Shown here one piece after another: positions 13,881 through 26,970 of a stretch of DNA of 64,000 nucleotides. Origin of the DNA: Lama glama (lineage: Eukaryota); contig CM052817.1 in the NCBI GenBank assembly GCA_028534125.1, positions 26,352,001-26,416,000 of the forward strand, read 5' to 3'. The first letter of the stretch is position 1, and every line of letters begins with the position of its first letter. The translations under genes were made by a program, and so were the position numbers. The notes beneath the pieces are model-generated. The model saw nothing but the letters and a program-made list of their open reading frames with translations, did no database searches and was not told the DNA's origin.

Positions 13881-15049
13881 GAACAAAGACATTTTAACAT
13901 GTCTTGCAAGACCTCAAGTGAAAATCCCTTTTAAGCTTTTCAATTTTTTTCTGTCATACGCCTCCAACTTTACACTTTATTCATTAACTAGGATAAACAA
14001 TACAAGAGGAGGAGCAGCTTGCTTGTGGAAGTAGCAGGATATCATTAGTGTAATTCGTTTCAAATCAGTGATTTCTTTTGAACTCTGAACTTTGTGCATG
14101 CTGTTCTCTCTGTCTGAAACATGTTTTGTTGATGTTCCACTACACTGGTCACATTTTTTTTTTCAGTATTCCAGTTAAATACTGGAGCCTCTATTTTGTG
14201 GTTAAGGGACAGTTTATCTTCTTCAAGAGTTTCTTTATTCATGATACATCTAATATCCCCAGGGGTTTACTCAGGCCTGAGAACAATGGCCTCAAAGAAA
14301 CCAGAGAGCCTGTTCCATTTGCTTTCTATGGGTTGCCTGGTCAGCCATGGAGGGACACTGACCACTGAGTTTCCCAAGGGATCTCGGGGGCTAAAACTCA
14401 ATACTCATCATTGAAGCGAGGGTCTGCTACCACTGCCATAACTACCTCTCTAACCTCTACCATGGGTAGGCAGCAACATACTAGAGACTCAGTATAGTGT
14501 TTGTCTGGGCCTGAGCCCAAGGACATGTCAGCTCCACCCCTCCTCCCACAGTCTCCATAGTCCCCACAACCTCCCTGTGCATTTCCTGTATGACTCTGTA
14601 TGTATAAGGGTTGGCAACACTATAAGAAGTCTCTTTCACTCCTCCTAATAGTTGGCTTGAATCAGCACAGACTCAGATTCCCAATGCTTGGTTCTTCACA
14701 TACACACACACCAGAGCCCCCCTTCCATGGCGCGCCCTCAGGGCCAGGATTTAGATCACCAAATCCTGATAATTCTATCCCCGACCCACCCCACCACCTT
14801 CTTCTAATCTGTAATCTTACTTTTCATCCCTCTTGCAATCACCCTGGCTTAGATCCTAAACATCTCTTATCTAGAACACCACAATAATCTCCTGATTAGT
14901 CTCCCCCCCCTTCACTCATCATTCACACCACTGTGCTCACCTCCTTGTCACTGCCATACCCTTACTCTCCTGAATTCCTTTCATGCTGCCACCAAAAGGA
15001 ACTTTTTAACTTTCAAAACTGATTATGTTCTTCTGATTAAAATCACATT

Positions 15050-15270
15050 ACGGTGAGTCAGGAAGAGCCTGAGTTTTAGAACCAGCAAACCCTGGTTCTA
15101 CAGCTTACTAGCTACTTAGCAATTCTGTCTTTTAGTTTCCTCTCCTATAAAAGAGAGATAAATAATAGTATCTATCTCATAAGATTGATTTGAAGATTAA
15201 ATTCTAGAATGCATGTTAAGTTTCTAGCACAATTCCTGGCATGGGTAAATACTCAAAATAATGTTATATG
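15050..15270 (+). mobile_element. MIR SINE
   Basis: tttagtttcctctcctataaaagagagataaataatagtatctatctcataag MIR core. Confidence 0.7.
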
Positions 15271-17921
15271 TCTCCATTTCCCCTCTCTTCTTCCTAATCA
15301 TCTATGATTAGATCTGAATGTTTCATGACATAAAAGATGTCTGCAACATCCCCAGCTCTAAAATGGAGCTGGCTCACTCACCTGTGAGCATTAAGCTCCT
15401 GTCTCCACTGTTCCCTCAGAACATCCTTGCTCTTGTTGTCCAGGTTTTGGATTTTCAGATTCTTTGATTCTTACTCACCAAATTTATGTCACACTTCTGG
15501 GTCTTCCTGACCTGTTTGGAATTATTTCATCACCCAACTACTCTCAGGCCAACTTTACTTGATTTTAATTTTGCATTTTTATGTGACTTTGGTGAAGTTG
15601 AAGCTTCAGATAGAGGCATTTTCATCAATCAACATAGTCCAGATACAGTGTAGACTGAGTTCTTCTCCCTTCTCCTGCCCTTGAACCTCCACATCCTCCT
15701 CACCCAGAATCTCCCCTCAGTTTGGGGAACTGGACAGAAAGTCCTCCAATGTCCTTCCCTGCCTCCCTCCCCACCGTCCCTCTTCCTAGATGCTGTCCAT
15801 CCTTTTTGGCATCTTTGCATATTTATCTATGCTGTTTTCCCCCTTGTCCATCCAGCAAATTCTAATTTAAGACCTGTTTCAAGCTTTCCTCTTTGGTAAA
15901 GTCTTGCTTAGTCTATCTTTTCCTCCCCTGAAGGACAAGCTTCACATCTGATTGTACTGGCCCAGGATGGTGCCAGGCCTGTAGTTGGATCTCAGTGAAT
16001 ATTTGTTGAAAGGCAGCCCCTAAAAGGATTGGTCATTTAGTTCCAGGTTCCTGGGGCTGCCCTTGCTGCTATCTTTTCAAATACCCAGATGTTCAGTTTT
16101 TCCTTTGATTCTGTGATACATTTCTGATAAATTCTTTTTTCTTTTTTCTTTTTTTTTTTGGCTAAGCTAGCCAAATTTTTGTTATGTTGCTTGTAATTGT
16201 AGACTCCTAATTGATGCAAGCATGTATTACCTTTATGCTGAGAAAAAAATGTTTATTTCTTACAACAGAAATATAAATAGACTCTACTTGAGTATTCTGT
16301 TTTTGAGGAAAGTGAGAAACTTCACATTCACCTACTATGGGAGAACTGAAATTTGAAGAGGATTTTCAATAATAAAGTGGGAAAACAAGAGATAGGAGGC
16401 ACAGGACCTGTGGCTGGGACACAGTGGTGAAATGCATACAAGGGTCCTCTTCACAAAGAGAGTACATCCAACTTAGGTTGAACTGAAAAAAATTCCTCAA
16501 TAAGCACCGTTGTGCAGGAACCTCTCCTTGCACTTATTGGAGGCAGATCTGTTGTCTTTAAAATGGTGCTCTGCACAAAACAGCTTCTCAAAATGTTTGT
16601 TGAAAATTAGATTTAAAAAAGCAAATTGTATGCAGAGTGAAATGAGATATTCTTTCTTTGACTTGACTATGAAAGGACTTAAGATAGGAGAACAAAATGT
16701 GGTGGGAGGAAGACCAGCTCATTTAGGGAGCATACCTCCTAAATGTGCAGACATAGATATATTTCTGGTTGTGCCTCTGCCAATAGGTGAGGAAGAACTA
16801 AATCCAATTAAGGTGTCCATTAGTAAGACTGTATGTTTATCACACAGTCAGGCCTAGCTGCCATCAACGCTTGATTTGTGGTCAAACACTGTTCTCTCTG
16901 CTCTTGTAAAACACACAACTCCATCCTTACTATAAGAGATCTAGGAAGGACATAAAATGCCATGAATAGTTTTATAGGTCTTTGACAGATGACTCATCTT
17001 CCGAATTCCTGCCCCAATTTTGTGTCATTCTAGGGTAGTTGCCCTAAACCGGGAGTGCCCCTCAGAATTATCTTCAGAACTCTGTAAAGGAAATACACAT
17101 GGTGGTCCCCACCACAGACCTACTGAATTAGAATCTCTGAGCTTACCGTTTTATTGTCTGTTTTTTGTTTTTGTTCAATTGTTTTTAATCTTTTTATGGA
17201 GATAAAATTTGCTTACAATGAAATGCATAGAACTTAACTGTTTAGTTCAATGAATTTTGACAACTGTATACACTCAGTAACCATCACCTGAAATAATATA
17301 GAGAGCATTTCCGTCATCCTCAAATTCCCTTGCGTCCAGTCCAATCTGCTCCAGCCTACCAGAGGCAACCATTTTTCTGATTTCTATCACTATAACTTAG
17401 TTTTGGGATGCTAGGATTTTAAAAAATACTGGTAAGTATAGTTATCACCAACTTGAATAAATCTCAGAAAAAATAATAAATAAAAAAACAAGTTGTAGAA
17501 AAATATAAATTATTTCACTTACAAAAATCATTTACAACTTAAAACAATGACAATTATTCTTTAGAGACTTATGCATGTTGTAAAGACATAAAAATGTACA
17601 TGGGAAAGATAATCATTAATTTCAGGATAGAGGCTGCCTTGGGTAGAGTGGGAAGGACTACTAATGAGGAAGTGCACTCAGAGGGCTTTAACATTTTATT
17701 TCTTAAGCTGCTAGGGGGTACATGGGCGTTCTTTGTATTTGTACATGTCTTTATGTCTATAATATTTCACAATAAGATAATTAAAACTTCACAAGGGATT
17801 TTGATGCACATGCCCTTCTAATCTCTAGACACCAGGAAATACTCAAAATTTTAATAATTAAAGTATAAATATTTCAAAAACTAGGATTAATTGTGCCATC
17901 ATTGGTTCAAGAATTTCCTTT

Positions 17922-18672
17922 GAGGGGTAAGATAATTAGGTTTTTATTTATTTACCTATTGATTATTTTAATGGAGATGATGCAGGAAAATGGATGTGGG
18001 GCATGAGGAGAGCCGTGTTCCACTTCTTGGTGGAGCCCCTTGGACGTGCCCGCCAGGTGTGGGTCCTCGGCTTCACGCAGGAAAGAATTCAAGTGTGAGC
18101 CATGGTTGAGTAAAGGTAGATTTATTTGGAGAGATACATACTGCATAGAGCGTAAGGCAAGAGAAAGGCAAGGAAAGAGCTATGAGAGTTGGGTGCTCAG
18201 GTTAAAGTAAAGTAGGTGCACCCTCCAAAGACAGAGTGCAGGCCATCTCTGAAGAGGAGGGAGTGAAAAAGGGCAGCCAGGAGTGGTGTTGCCAGTTTTT
18301 ATGGGCTCTGTAGCTTCACACGCCTACAGGTGGGACCACTCCAACTGCCCTGGGGCAGGGGCTGGGATTCCCAGTTATTGGGCCATGGCCCATTCTTTGG
18401 CCTTTTGTGGGCGTGTTATCACGCTGTTACAATGAGCATCTGATGAAGCTCAAGGTCTACTGGAAGTCAAACCTCCTGCCGACTTAATCTTCAAGGCCAA
18501 CCAGGAGTTGAATCTTCCACCATTTTGGTGCTAAATTGCTGTCATTCCTTGAATGGCTGTGCCCTGTCCCCTTCCATCCTGTCCCCTTCCATCCCAGAGG
18601 TACTGGGGATTGAACCTAGGACCTTGTGCATGCTCAGTAAGCACTCTACCACTGCACTGTATCTTCCTTCCC
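17922..18672 (-). mobile_element. Camelid-type tRNA SINE split by an LTR (parts at 17922-17977 and 18597-18672)
   Basis: The left part taattaggtttttatttattt...aatggag and the right part gaggtactggggattgaacctagg...ctctaccactg rejoin into one antisense SINE. Confidence 0.88.
17978..18596 (-). mobile_element. ERV1-type solo LTR, family A copy 1 (about 620 bp)
   Basis: TG...CA ends; imperfect 4-bp TSD gaga/gagg; homologous to 19187-19808 and 39747-40371. Confidence 0.85.
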
Positions 18673-19186
18673 AAGGAGCATTTTAAACTTCTATTTTGGC
18701 CCTTACCCTGTGGTTAACTGTTATCCATTAAGTACATTATACTCCATGAGAGAACAGATAATATTCTATTTAATATTTTAGTCCTCTGAGTACCTGTTGT
18801 TATATGCATGCCACATACAGATAAAAAAAGTTAAAAAAGGAAGAAGATTCTAAACCTACTAATTGATCCATATTTTAACATTACTGATTTGCAGGTTTTC
18901 TATCATCCTGCAATATTTTAAGGCCTCTCAATATCTACAAACATCAATTTCACATCCACCTCCTCTTTTAAGGTTTTTGGGTCCAAAAGGAGAAGAGCAG
19001 GCCCAACGGCCTAATAATACCCATCTCATGCCAGTCTTGTTAAGTCACCACTATAACATTTAGCACACTAGAGAAGGAGAAAGACAGTTGATATAAAGAA
19101 AAAAAGGAAAAGAAGATAAAAGATTCTCATTTAAAACATACAGATTTAGTTCCAGAAAAATCCTTGAGAATTATTCAGTATGGAGA

Positions 19187-19808
19187 TGATGCAGGAAAGT
19201 GGATGTGGGACGTGAGGAGGGCAGAGTCTCAGGTCTTAGTTGAGCCCCTGGGACGTGCCCTGCCAGTGTGGGTCCTTGGGTTCACACAGGAAAGAATTCA
19301 AGTGCCGAGCAACCGTTGAGTAAAGGTAGATTTATTTAGAGAGTGCGTAGAGTGTAAGGCAAGAGAAAGGCAAGGAAAGAGGTGTGGGAATTGGGTGCTC
19401 AGGTTAAAGTAAAAGTAGGTACATACTCCAAAGACAGAGTGTGGGCCGTCTCCAAAGGGGAGAGAGAGCACAAAGCCCCAGTAGGTGTGGTGTTGTCACT
19501 TTTTATGGTCTCAGTAGCTTCACACACCTACAGGTGGGATCAGTCCAACTACCCTGGGGAAGGGGCTGGGATTACCAGGAATTGGGCCATCGCCCATTCT
19601 TTGGCCTTTTGCATTAGCCTTGGGGCTGTCATGGTGCCTGCGGGCATATTATTTGATCACACTGTTACAATGAGCATATAATGAAGATCAAGGTCTATTA
19701 GAAGTCAAACCTCTTAATCCTAAGGCCAACTAGGAGGTGAATCTTCCACCATTTTGGCTGCTGTCATTCCTTGAGTGGCTGTGCCCTGCTCACTTCCCTC
19801 CTGTCTCA
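19187..19808 (-). mobile_element. ERV1-type solo LTR, family A copy 2
   Basis: tgatgcagg...cctgtctca, colinear with copy 1; no matching TSD (gaga/ttaa). Confidence 0.85.
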
Positions 19809-20189
19809 TTAATGCTAAGGTGTAAATAAAAGGGTTATTTAATCATGTCAGGGAAGACTTTCAGGGAAGCTTATCCATGAGTTGAGCCTCGTTTTCTCCA
19901 CGTCTTTTGTAGATGCCTCCTTATGGTATTTTTTGCACTGTATTGCACCTACTTACAACTTGCCCCTAATTAGACTATTAATGAATGCCTAAATGGTAGA
20001 ATTAGAATTGTCTGCATTTTTGTTTCTCCTGAACCTAGTAGATAGCATTGCTCAATAAACATTGATTGGAATAAGGACAAGAAAGCAAGAAAAGTGATGG
20101 ACAGGAAGAAATTAGACGTATCTGGCTCATAGCAGGGAAGAAGTGAAATAAATATGCAGAAAGAATATTAAAGTAAGGGAAGTAAAGGT

Positions 20190-20635
20190 ATTAACTAGGA
20201 TGAGGTTCAGCCATGACTGATAGAAAACCTTCTCCAAAAAACAATGGCTTATAGAAAAGAGAAGTTCATTTTTCTCTTATAAAAAAGTCTGGAGGTGGAT
20301 GTTCCAGGGCTGGTAGGAGCCTCACAAATTCTTCTTATTTTGCGACTTACTCAGACATCAGATGTGGTTTTCACCTCATGATCTAAGATGACTGCTTAAC
20401 CTCCAGTCATCATGTCCTCATTCCAACTAACAGAAAGGACAAAGGGGAGAAGTGCTTACCCTCTCTCTACAAAAATACTTTCTGGATATTGTACACATAA
20501 CTTCTGCTTACTTCTCATTGTCCAGAATTTAGCCTTGACCTCACCTAGTTACACGGGGATTTGGAAAATGTAGTCTTTGTTCTGGGTGACCTCATCCCAC
20601 ATGAAAATCAGAGATTTTATTACTAAGGAAGAAGA
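20190..20635. mobile_element. MaLR LTR (MLT1I/J-like)
   Basis: tattaactaggatgaggttcagc...aacaatggcttat...agtctggaggtggatgttccagggctggt. Confidence 0.65.
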
Positions 20636-20859
20636 AGAAGAAGTGAGATTAGTGAATCAAAGGTATAAATATTTTTTATACATTACTATGTTTATTATAC
20701 ATAATATTATATATATTATATATGATATTTTAAATATTAATTGAATACCAGGAAAATGTGCTGTAAAAATGTTTTTCTTTAAAACGAATTCAAGCTAATT
20801 TATTTTTTTCCTTTGTAAAAATCTTTCTTGTTACCTACTGTGAATATAACATAGTAGAG

Positions 20860-21095
20860 TTCGTAAAACCAAGGACTCCAGAGCAGAATGCCTTTATTTA
20901 AAATATGGCTCCATAGTTTACTTGCTGTGGCTTTGTAACTTTGGATAAGTCACTTAACCTCTCTAGCTGCAATTTCTTTGTCTGTAAAATGAAAATAGTA
21001 ATAGTACCTACCTTGCAGGTTGCTACAAAGATGAAATGTATTAATATACATAATATATACAACAGTAAGTGCTCAATAAATATTAACTATTATTA
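20860..21095 (+). mobile_element. MIR SINE
   Basis: ttggataagtcacttaacctctct...tctgtaaaatgaaaatagtaatagtacctacct...taagtgctcaataaatattaactattatt. Confidence 0.8.
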
Positions 21096-21269
21096 TTTAT
21101 GGTTGAAACTTTAGAACATTCAAACAATTAGAAAGAGTAGGAAAAGTGATCTATAGTTCCACTTCCCCAAAACAACCAATATTAAAATAATGCTGTATTT
21201 ACTTACAATCTAATTATTATGGATATTTTTACACAGTTGGAATACTTATGTAATATGATTCATATCCTG

Positions 21270-21690
21270 CTTTAGTCCAGATCCACTCCTCTTCCTTCTC
21301 CATTCTACTTTGTGTCCCCAGAGGTTGACCAATAAGGACTCCATCAATGGGTTCTATTGGGTTCTTCTATATGGATTACCAATAAGGACCACCAGGCAAG
21401 GTTATTTACTTTCCACTCCCTCTTTGAGGGATTGCTTTGCATTGGCTGTGTCCCTTTACAGAAGGTTCCAGCTCTTATCAGAGGCTTTCTCTCTCACACA
21501 GCTACCCTTTCTGGGATCCTCCCTTCAGATGTAGGATTGATAATAGCTGTTGACAGACCTGAAGCTCTGCAATAATCCTTACTGGTTTCCCTAAACCTTT
21601 TGTAAATAACCCCTTTATTAAATCCCCTCAGATTACCCCATTTGAGTGTACCATGTCCTTTCTTCTAGGACTTTGACTGACTCATACACA
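21270..21690 (+). mobile_element. ERVL LTR (LTR16-like)
   Basis: 3' end tttgtaaataacccctttattaaatcccctcagattacccc...gagtgtaccat...ggactttgactga. Confidence 0.6.
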
Positions 21691-21959
21691 GGAGAACAAG
21701 AATTTTTTCAGAGAGTTTATTTTAGTAGGTGTATAATATTCTATAGTGCCAATGTGCCTTAACAATAGTAGCAATTACTTAATGTATGTGTCAAATACCT
21801 TACAGACACCAGTTTTATTCATTTCAACCCCAGGGACTGGTAGTTTACAGATGAGGAAATTGAGCCTCAAGGAACTCTGAAAATTTACTTGCCTTCAGTT
21901 ACAGAGCTGGTAAGCTGCAAGGTTAGTCTGACTTCAGAATCTATATTCTTCCCATTAAA

Positions 21960-22130
21960 CCTAGTGGTTCCAGAGCCTGGCTCATCATCAGATGAGTGTA
22001 TGGAGTTTTATTTATTTATTTTTCCTGTGTCCACTCACAGAGAGCTTAATTTTGTAGGTCCAGAGTGAGACCCAGAAATCTCTATTTTTATAAAAATTCC
22101 TCAGAGGATTCTGATGATCAGTTAGATTTT
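21960..22130. mobile_element. MER5A-like hAT MITE
   Basis: cagaaatctctatttttataaaaattcctcagaggattctgatg. Confidence 0.6.
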
Positions 22131-22391
22131 AAAAGAAATTACCTCATTTTAGGATGCTTATGTTTCCTTTCATTGGATATTGTGATCATCTGTATATTTG
22201 GTTTTTATAAATAAGGCTGCAGTGAAGATGGTTATATACAAAGCTTTGTCTGTAATTAGTATTGTTTACATAGAATAAGTCCCAGAAGAGTGATTAGTGA
22301 ATCAGTGATATAAATATTTTTGATTCTGGATGTTTCATTCAAACATTTATTCACTCAGCTACTCAAATATTCACTTAAAATATACATTCCT

Positions 22392-22568
22392 TAAATAACA
22401 AGTTTCTACTACATAGCACAGGGAACTATACTCAATATCTTGTAGTAACCTATAGTGAGAAAAAGAATATGAAAAGGAATATATGGATGTATCTGTATGA
22501 GTGAAACTTTATGCTGTACATCAGAAATTGACACAACATTGTAAACTGCCTATACTTCAGTTAAAAAG
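22392..22568 (+). mobile_element. Short 3' end of an artiodactyl-type L1
   Basis: catagcacagggaactatactcaatatcttgtag...gctgtacatcagaaattgacacaacattgtaaactgcctatacttca. Confidence 0.8.
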
Positions 22569-22574
22569 TACAGT

Positions 22575-23700
22575 CTTTCTACAAATATTTACTTACCATG
22601 TGCCAAGCACTGTGCTGAGGGTTTGAAATATAACAGCAAGACACACAGTGGGGAGACAGAAATTAAAATAATTATCCAGATGAAATACTTAAGTTTTAAT
22701 TGTATGAAGAAAAAGTAAAGGGGAATATAATCTGGTTTGAGAATGATTAGTGAAGATATTACTAAGGAAATGATATTTAAATTGAGGCTTGATGAATGAG
22801 TAGAAGTTAGCTATGCAGAGAGAAAGGAGATCGCATTCCAGGCAGAGAAAGTAACATATGCAAAGGCTCAAAGGTGTGGGAGAATTTGGAAAGTAACATA
22901 AAATTAGATTTATGACTAAGAAGACAGTATAGATATACTGAAGTGAAGCAAGAGTGAATGAAAAGGGATGAATTAAGAAGTTATTGCAGTGGTTTATGAA
23001 GGACATGTAGTAAAAAGACATGATTGACAACTAGAAGTGGTATCACTTACCAGAGAAGTAAGTGGATAGATTACAGATTTGTGTAGAAAGTAGGATCTAT
23101 AGGACTCGTTGATTAATTGTATAAAAGTGGTAAAGAAAAAGAAGAGAATGAATCCCAGGTTTCTGGTACAGACAAGTGGCTGAATGATGTTATTTGCCAA
23201 GAGAGGGACAGTGGAGTCAGACAAGGTTTGCAAGCGATCATCGTGAATATGGTTTTGGCAGTACTGAGTTTTGAGATGACCAAATATGTGATGTCTGAGT
23301 GGAGATGTTGAGTTGGGAGTAAGAGACAGTGATCTGGAGCTCAGAAGAGAAATCTTGTGTAAAGAAACAAAATTGATACTGAAAACACTGAAGTGGATGG
23401 AATGTATAGTGTAAAGAAAGAGTATACAGAGTGTCAAGAAGAGAAGGTTAATGACTGCACGTGGAAGAGCCTAACATTGAAGGGCTGGATAAAGAAGAAG
23501 GTCCAAAAGAAAACTGAAAAATAATGACCACAGAAGCAGGAGGAAAACCAAATGTGTGTGTTGTAATGGAAATTCAAGAGAAAAGAGATGTTTCACTGGA
23601 AAGCTGTCAAAAAGTCAAAAGTTTTTGAGTGATCAAGATGAAAATGAAAAGCAATGATTAAATTTAGCAAGAGAAGTTGATGGAATGAGTTGAGAAGTGA
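22575..23700 (-). mobile_element. L2 ORF2/3' region
   Basis: Minus-strand translation resembles decayed L2 RT (IHSIHFS...GHLK); purine-rich antisense L2 texture. Confidence 0.7.
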
Positions 23701-23884
23701 ATGGTATGCACAAAATAATATTTCATCAAATGAACAAAGATAATCACTGCAGTACTCATTGTGGAAAAATTGGACTATCTCCTACTATGGCAAAGGATAG
23801 ATACACTGTGACAGTCATACAATGGGATTCTAAAATGTAATAAAAATAAATGGACTAACATTATAGGTATCAATATGAATAAAT

Positions 23885-25095
23885 GTAAAAATTAACTCAA
23901 AACAGATCACAGATTAAAAGTAAAATGTAAAACTATAAACGTCTACCTGAAACAGAAAAATTGGAACCTAAGCTGTCTCGATGAAGAATTCTTAGATATG
24001 ACACCAAAAGCATGCTCCATTTAAAATTTTTTGATAAATTGGACTTGTTAAAATTAAAAGCTTTTGCTCTGATTTGCAAACCACATATCTGATAAAGGAT
24101 TTGTATCTGGAATATGCAAAGAATCCTTGACAGTTAAAAAATAAATCCAATTAGAAGATTGGTAAAAGACATGAAGAGACTTTTCACCAAATAAGATATA
24201 CTTTCCTCATGCAAATAAGATGTTTAACTTCACTAGCCATTAGTGAAATGCAAATTAAGACTATAATGAGATATCACTGCGCATCTATTAGAGAAGATAT
24301 AATAAACAAAAAAATAGTGGCAATAGCAAATGCTGGTGAGAATGCTGAGCAACTCACTGTTTGTGGGAATGCACAGTGATACAACCACACTGGAAACAAA
24401 TATGGCAGTTCCTTAAAGAACGAAACATACATTAACCACACAACCGCAGCACTTGCACACCTGGATGTAAACATGTATACTAGAGAAATGAAAATTTATG
24501 TTCACATATAAACTGTTCATGAATGTTCATAGCAGCTTTATTTGTAATAGCCTTCATCTGGAACTCAGTGAAATGTCCTTCAGTAGGTGAATGGTTAAAT
24601 AAACTGTGGTACATCCATACCATGAAATACTCAGCAGTAAAAGGAACAAACTATTGATAAATGCAACAACTTAGAAGGATCTCAAGGGCATTATGCAGAG
24701 TGAAAAAGCCAAACTGAAAAGGATTGGTACTGAGTGATTCCATTTATACAGCTTTGTAGAAATGACAAAATTATAGAGATGGAAAATAAATTAGTGGTTG
24801 TCAGGGCTTGTATGGTGGATATGTGTCACTATAAGAGGGTAGCACAAGGGAAATCTTTGTGGTAATAGAAAGTTCTGTGTCTCAATTGTAATAGTAGTTA
24901 CAAAAATCTACACATGTGATAAAATGGCATAGAGCTATATACACACATTGTACTGGTGTCAATTTCCTGGTTTTAATATTGTGCTATAGTTACGTAAAAT
25001 GTGATTTGGGGGGAAACTGGATGAAGGGTATACAGGACCTCTCTATCTTTGCAACTTCCTGTGACACCATAATTATTTCAAAATTAAAACTTAAG
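23885..25095 (+). mobile_element. Old L1 (L1MB/MC-like) ORF2 end and 3' UTR
   Basis: aaaattaactcaaa...gaaatgcaaattaagactataatgagatatcac...ataattatttcaaaattaaaa. Confidence 0.85.
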
Positions 25096-25698
25096 AAAAT
25101 AATGATGGATAAGAAGCAAGTTGCAAATATATATAGTGACATATTCATGTAAAATTTTAACACACAAATCCATAGTATATATTGTTTAGGGCGATGTTAA
25201 TTTATAGTAGCGTGAATAAAGTGAAATTGTTTATTTTATAGTTCAAAAAGATTAAGTATTAAAATTTTGTATAGTCAAACTTAATGGTAAAGTTTGAATA
25301 CATGCAAGGATGGTAATGATACACATCAATTTGAGAATAATGACTGCTTTAGGGAAAGGAGATAGAGGAGATGGGGATAAGGCTTTTGGTGTATCCATAA
25401 TAGGAAGGAAGTATAGAAAAATATAAAAGTTTGCTTGCAAAGAGTAGTAGAGAAATGAGACCTGATTTGGAAGGTGGGGAGATGGAGTTCAGATGGGGCT
25501 TTTGTTGTTCATTTGTTTTTGCTATTTATGTTGGGACAGACTACACCTTATTTCAATATTGAAGGAAAATATTCAGTAGAAAGTTGAAAATTCAGTAAGA
25601 GAGATGGCAACGAGTCCAAAGATAAGGTGAAGAATCATCAAAATGGGAATAATTGAACACGTAAGCTGGAAACATTGAAGGTTATGGTTAACGAGTAG

Positions 25699-26115
25699 TG
25701 AAAGACAGAATATACAAATGGACAATGGCCAAACTACATATGACAACAGAATACTGACAACCACCTCTGCAGCAATGGGCACAAAATTGATCAGGACTTG
25801 GTCAATGACTACCAGTTCCTCAGTCACCCCCTCCCCTTTTTTGGCCCTCCCTTCTAACTCAGAACAAGAGAAAGCCAAATGTACTCCCTAAACCATTTGT
25901 ATAACATACCTCATTTCTAGCTAGCCCACCACCAGCTTCCCCATGCCAACAAACACTGATCAGAGCATACTTGAAGTCTTCTCTCTCTCTCTTTTTTTAA
26001 CTATAAAGCTTTCCTGCTTGCCAAAAGCAAGTGATGGTGTCTGACTTCTTTGCCATTGCAATCTCTGAATAAAAAGCCTCTGCTTTCATTTCGATGATCT
26101 TCATTTATTTCCATG
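25699..26115 (+). mobile_element. ERV1-type solo LTR (MER34-group-like)
   Basis: Starts with TG; perfect 4-bp TSD gtag (25695-25698 / 26116-26119); tataaa near 26002; aataaa near 26068. Confidence 0.75.
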
Positions 26116-26789
26116 GTAGAAAGTTTGAATGCATGATTTTGAAGGTAGATTTATGATCCTCTGTGTGAGAGACTGAGGTGGAGTAAGAAATCAGTTGAAA
26201 GATGGGGATATCAAGAAACTGCAAAGACAAACTTTGCATAGATGGTCTTTGTAGATGTTAAAACTCAGAAAACTGGCTTTAAGAGAAAATGACTGTTGTC
26301 AAAAGTGCTAAAATAAATGAGAGAAAGTGGCTGAGAAGTCAACAGTAGCAAGACATTTTCAGGAATGAGGTGGGGATAGTGTTGTTTTCATACTTAGCTT
26401 TGAGGTAGCACTTTCAGTCGTCCCTTGAAGAAATGCCAGTAGGCTGAGGATCAACTGTGAAAAAGAGTACCTGTCTCTGTCCTAGTAGTGAGAGAGGCAG
26501 GTATTAGAGTGAATGTGCTAAGTTCTGTATCAGAGAAGTAAGAGCGCTATGGAAGCACCACAAGATGAAACCTAGTCAAGATTTTGAGCAAGATTTTGAG
26601 CTAGTGAGTTCAAAGTATTGGTCAAAAATAGTTGATATTATAAACCACAGAGAATTTTACTCAGTAAAATAGGGGAGAAAGTGTGGAAGGGGTACGTTTC
26701 TCTTAAGTAAAAGCAGTCTGAGCAGGAGACAAACTACCTCTCAAGGTTTGCCAGCGGGTAGGAGAAGGGGAAGAATGAGGCAGACCCAA

Positions 26790-26970
26790 GGAGAGAACAG
26801 TGGGAGAGTCCTCGAGGGGAGGGGCAAAAGGATAGAGAGAGAGAGAAGAAAGACAGGGAGGGAGAGGAAAAGATGGAGGGAGGTAGGGAAGGAGAAAGGG
26901 ATGAAGAAGGAGAGAGGTAGGGAGGGAGTATCGGAGAAAGGGAGAAAGACAGACAGACAGACTAGAGACT
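26790..26970. repeat. GA-rich low-complexity tract
   Basis: Polypurine gagagagagaagaaagacagggaggg... Confidence 0.85.

Noticed and set aside
17978..19808. Two same-orientation LTRs about 590 bp apart as one deleted provirus
   Set aside because: Copy 1 has its own TSD inside a SINE, the spacer contains the rest of that SINE plus ordinary DNA, no PBS or polypurine tract is visible, and the outer flanks do not match.
20636..22322. Roughly 35-bp similarity (gattagtgaatca..tataaatattttt) at about 20647 and 22292
   Set aside because: Both resemble the same decayed antisense L1 segment, so independent L1 fragments explain it.
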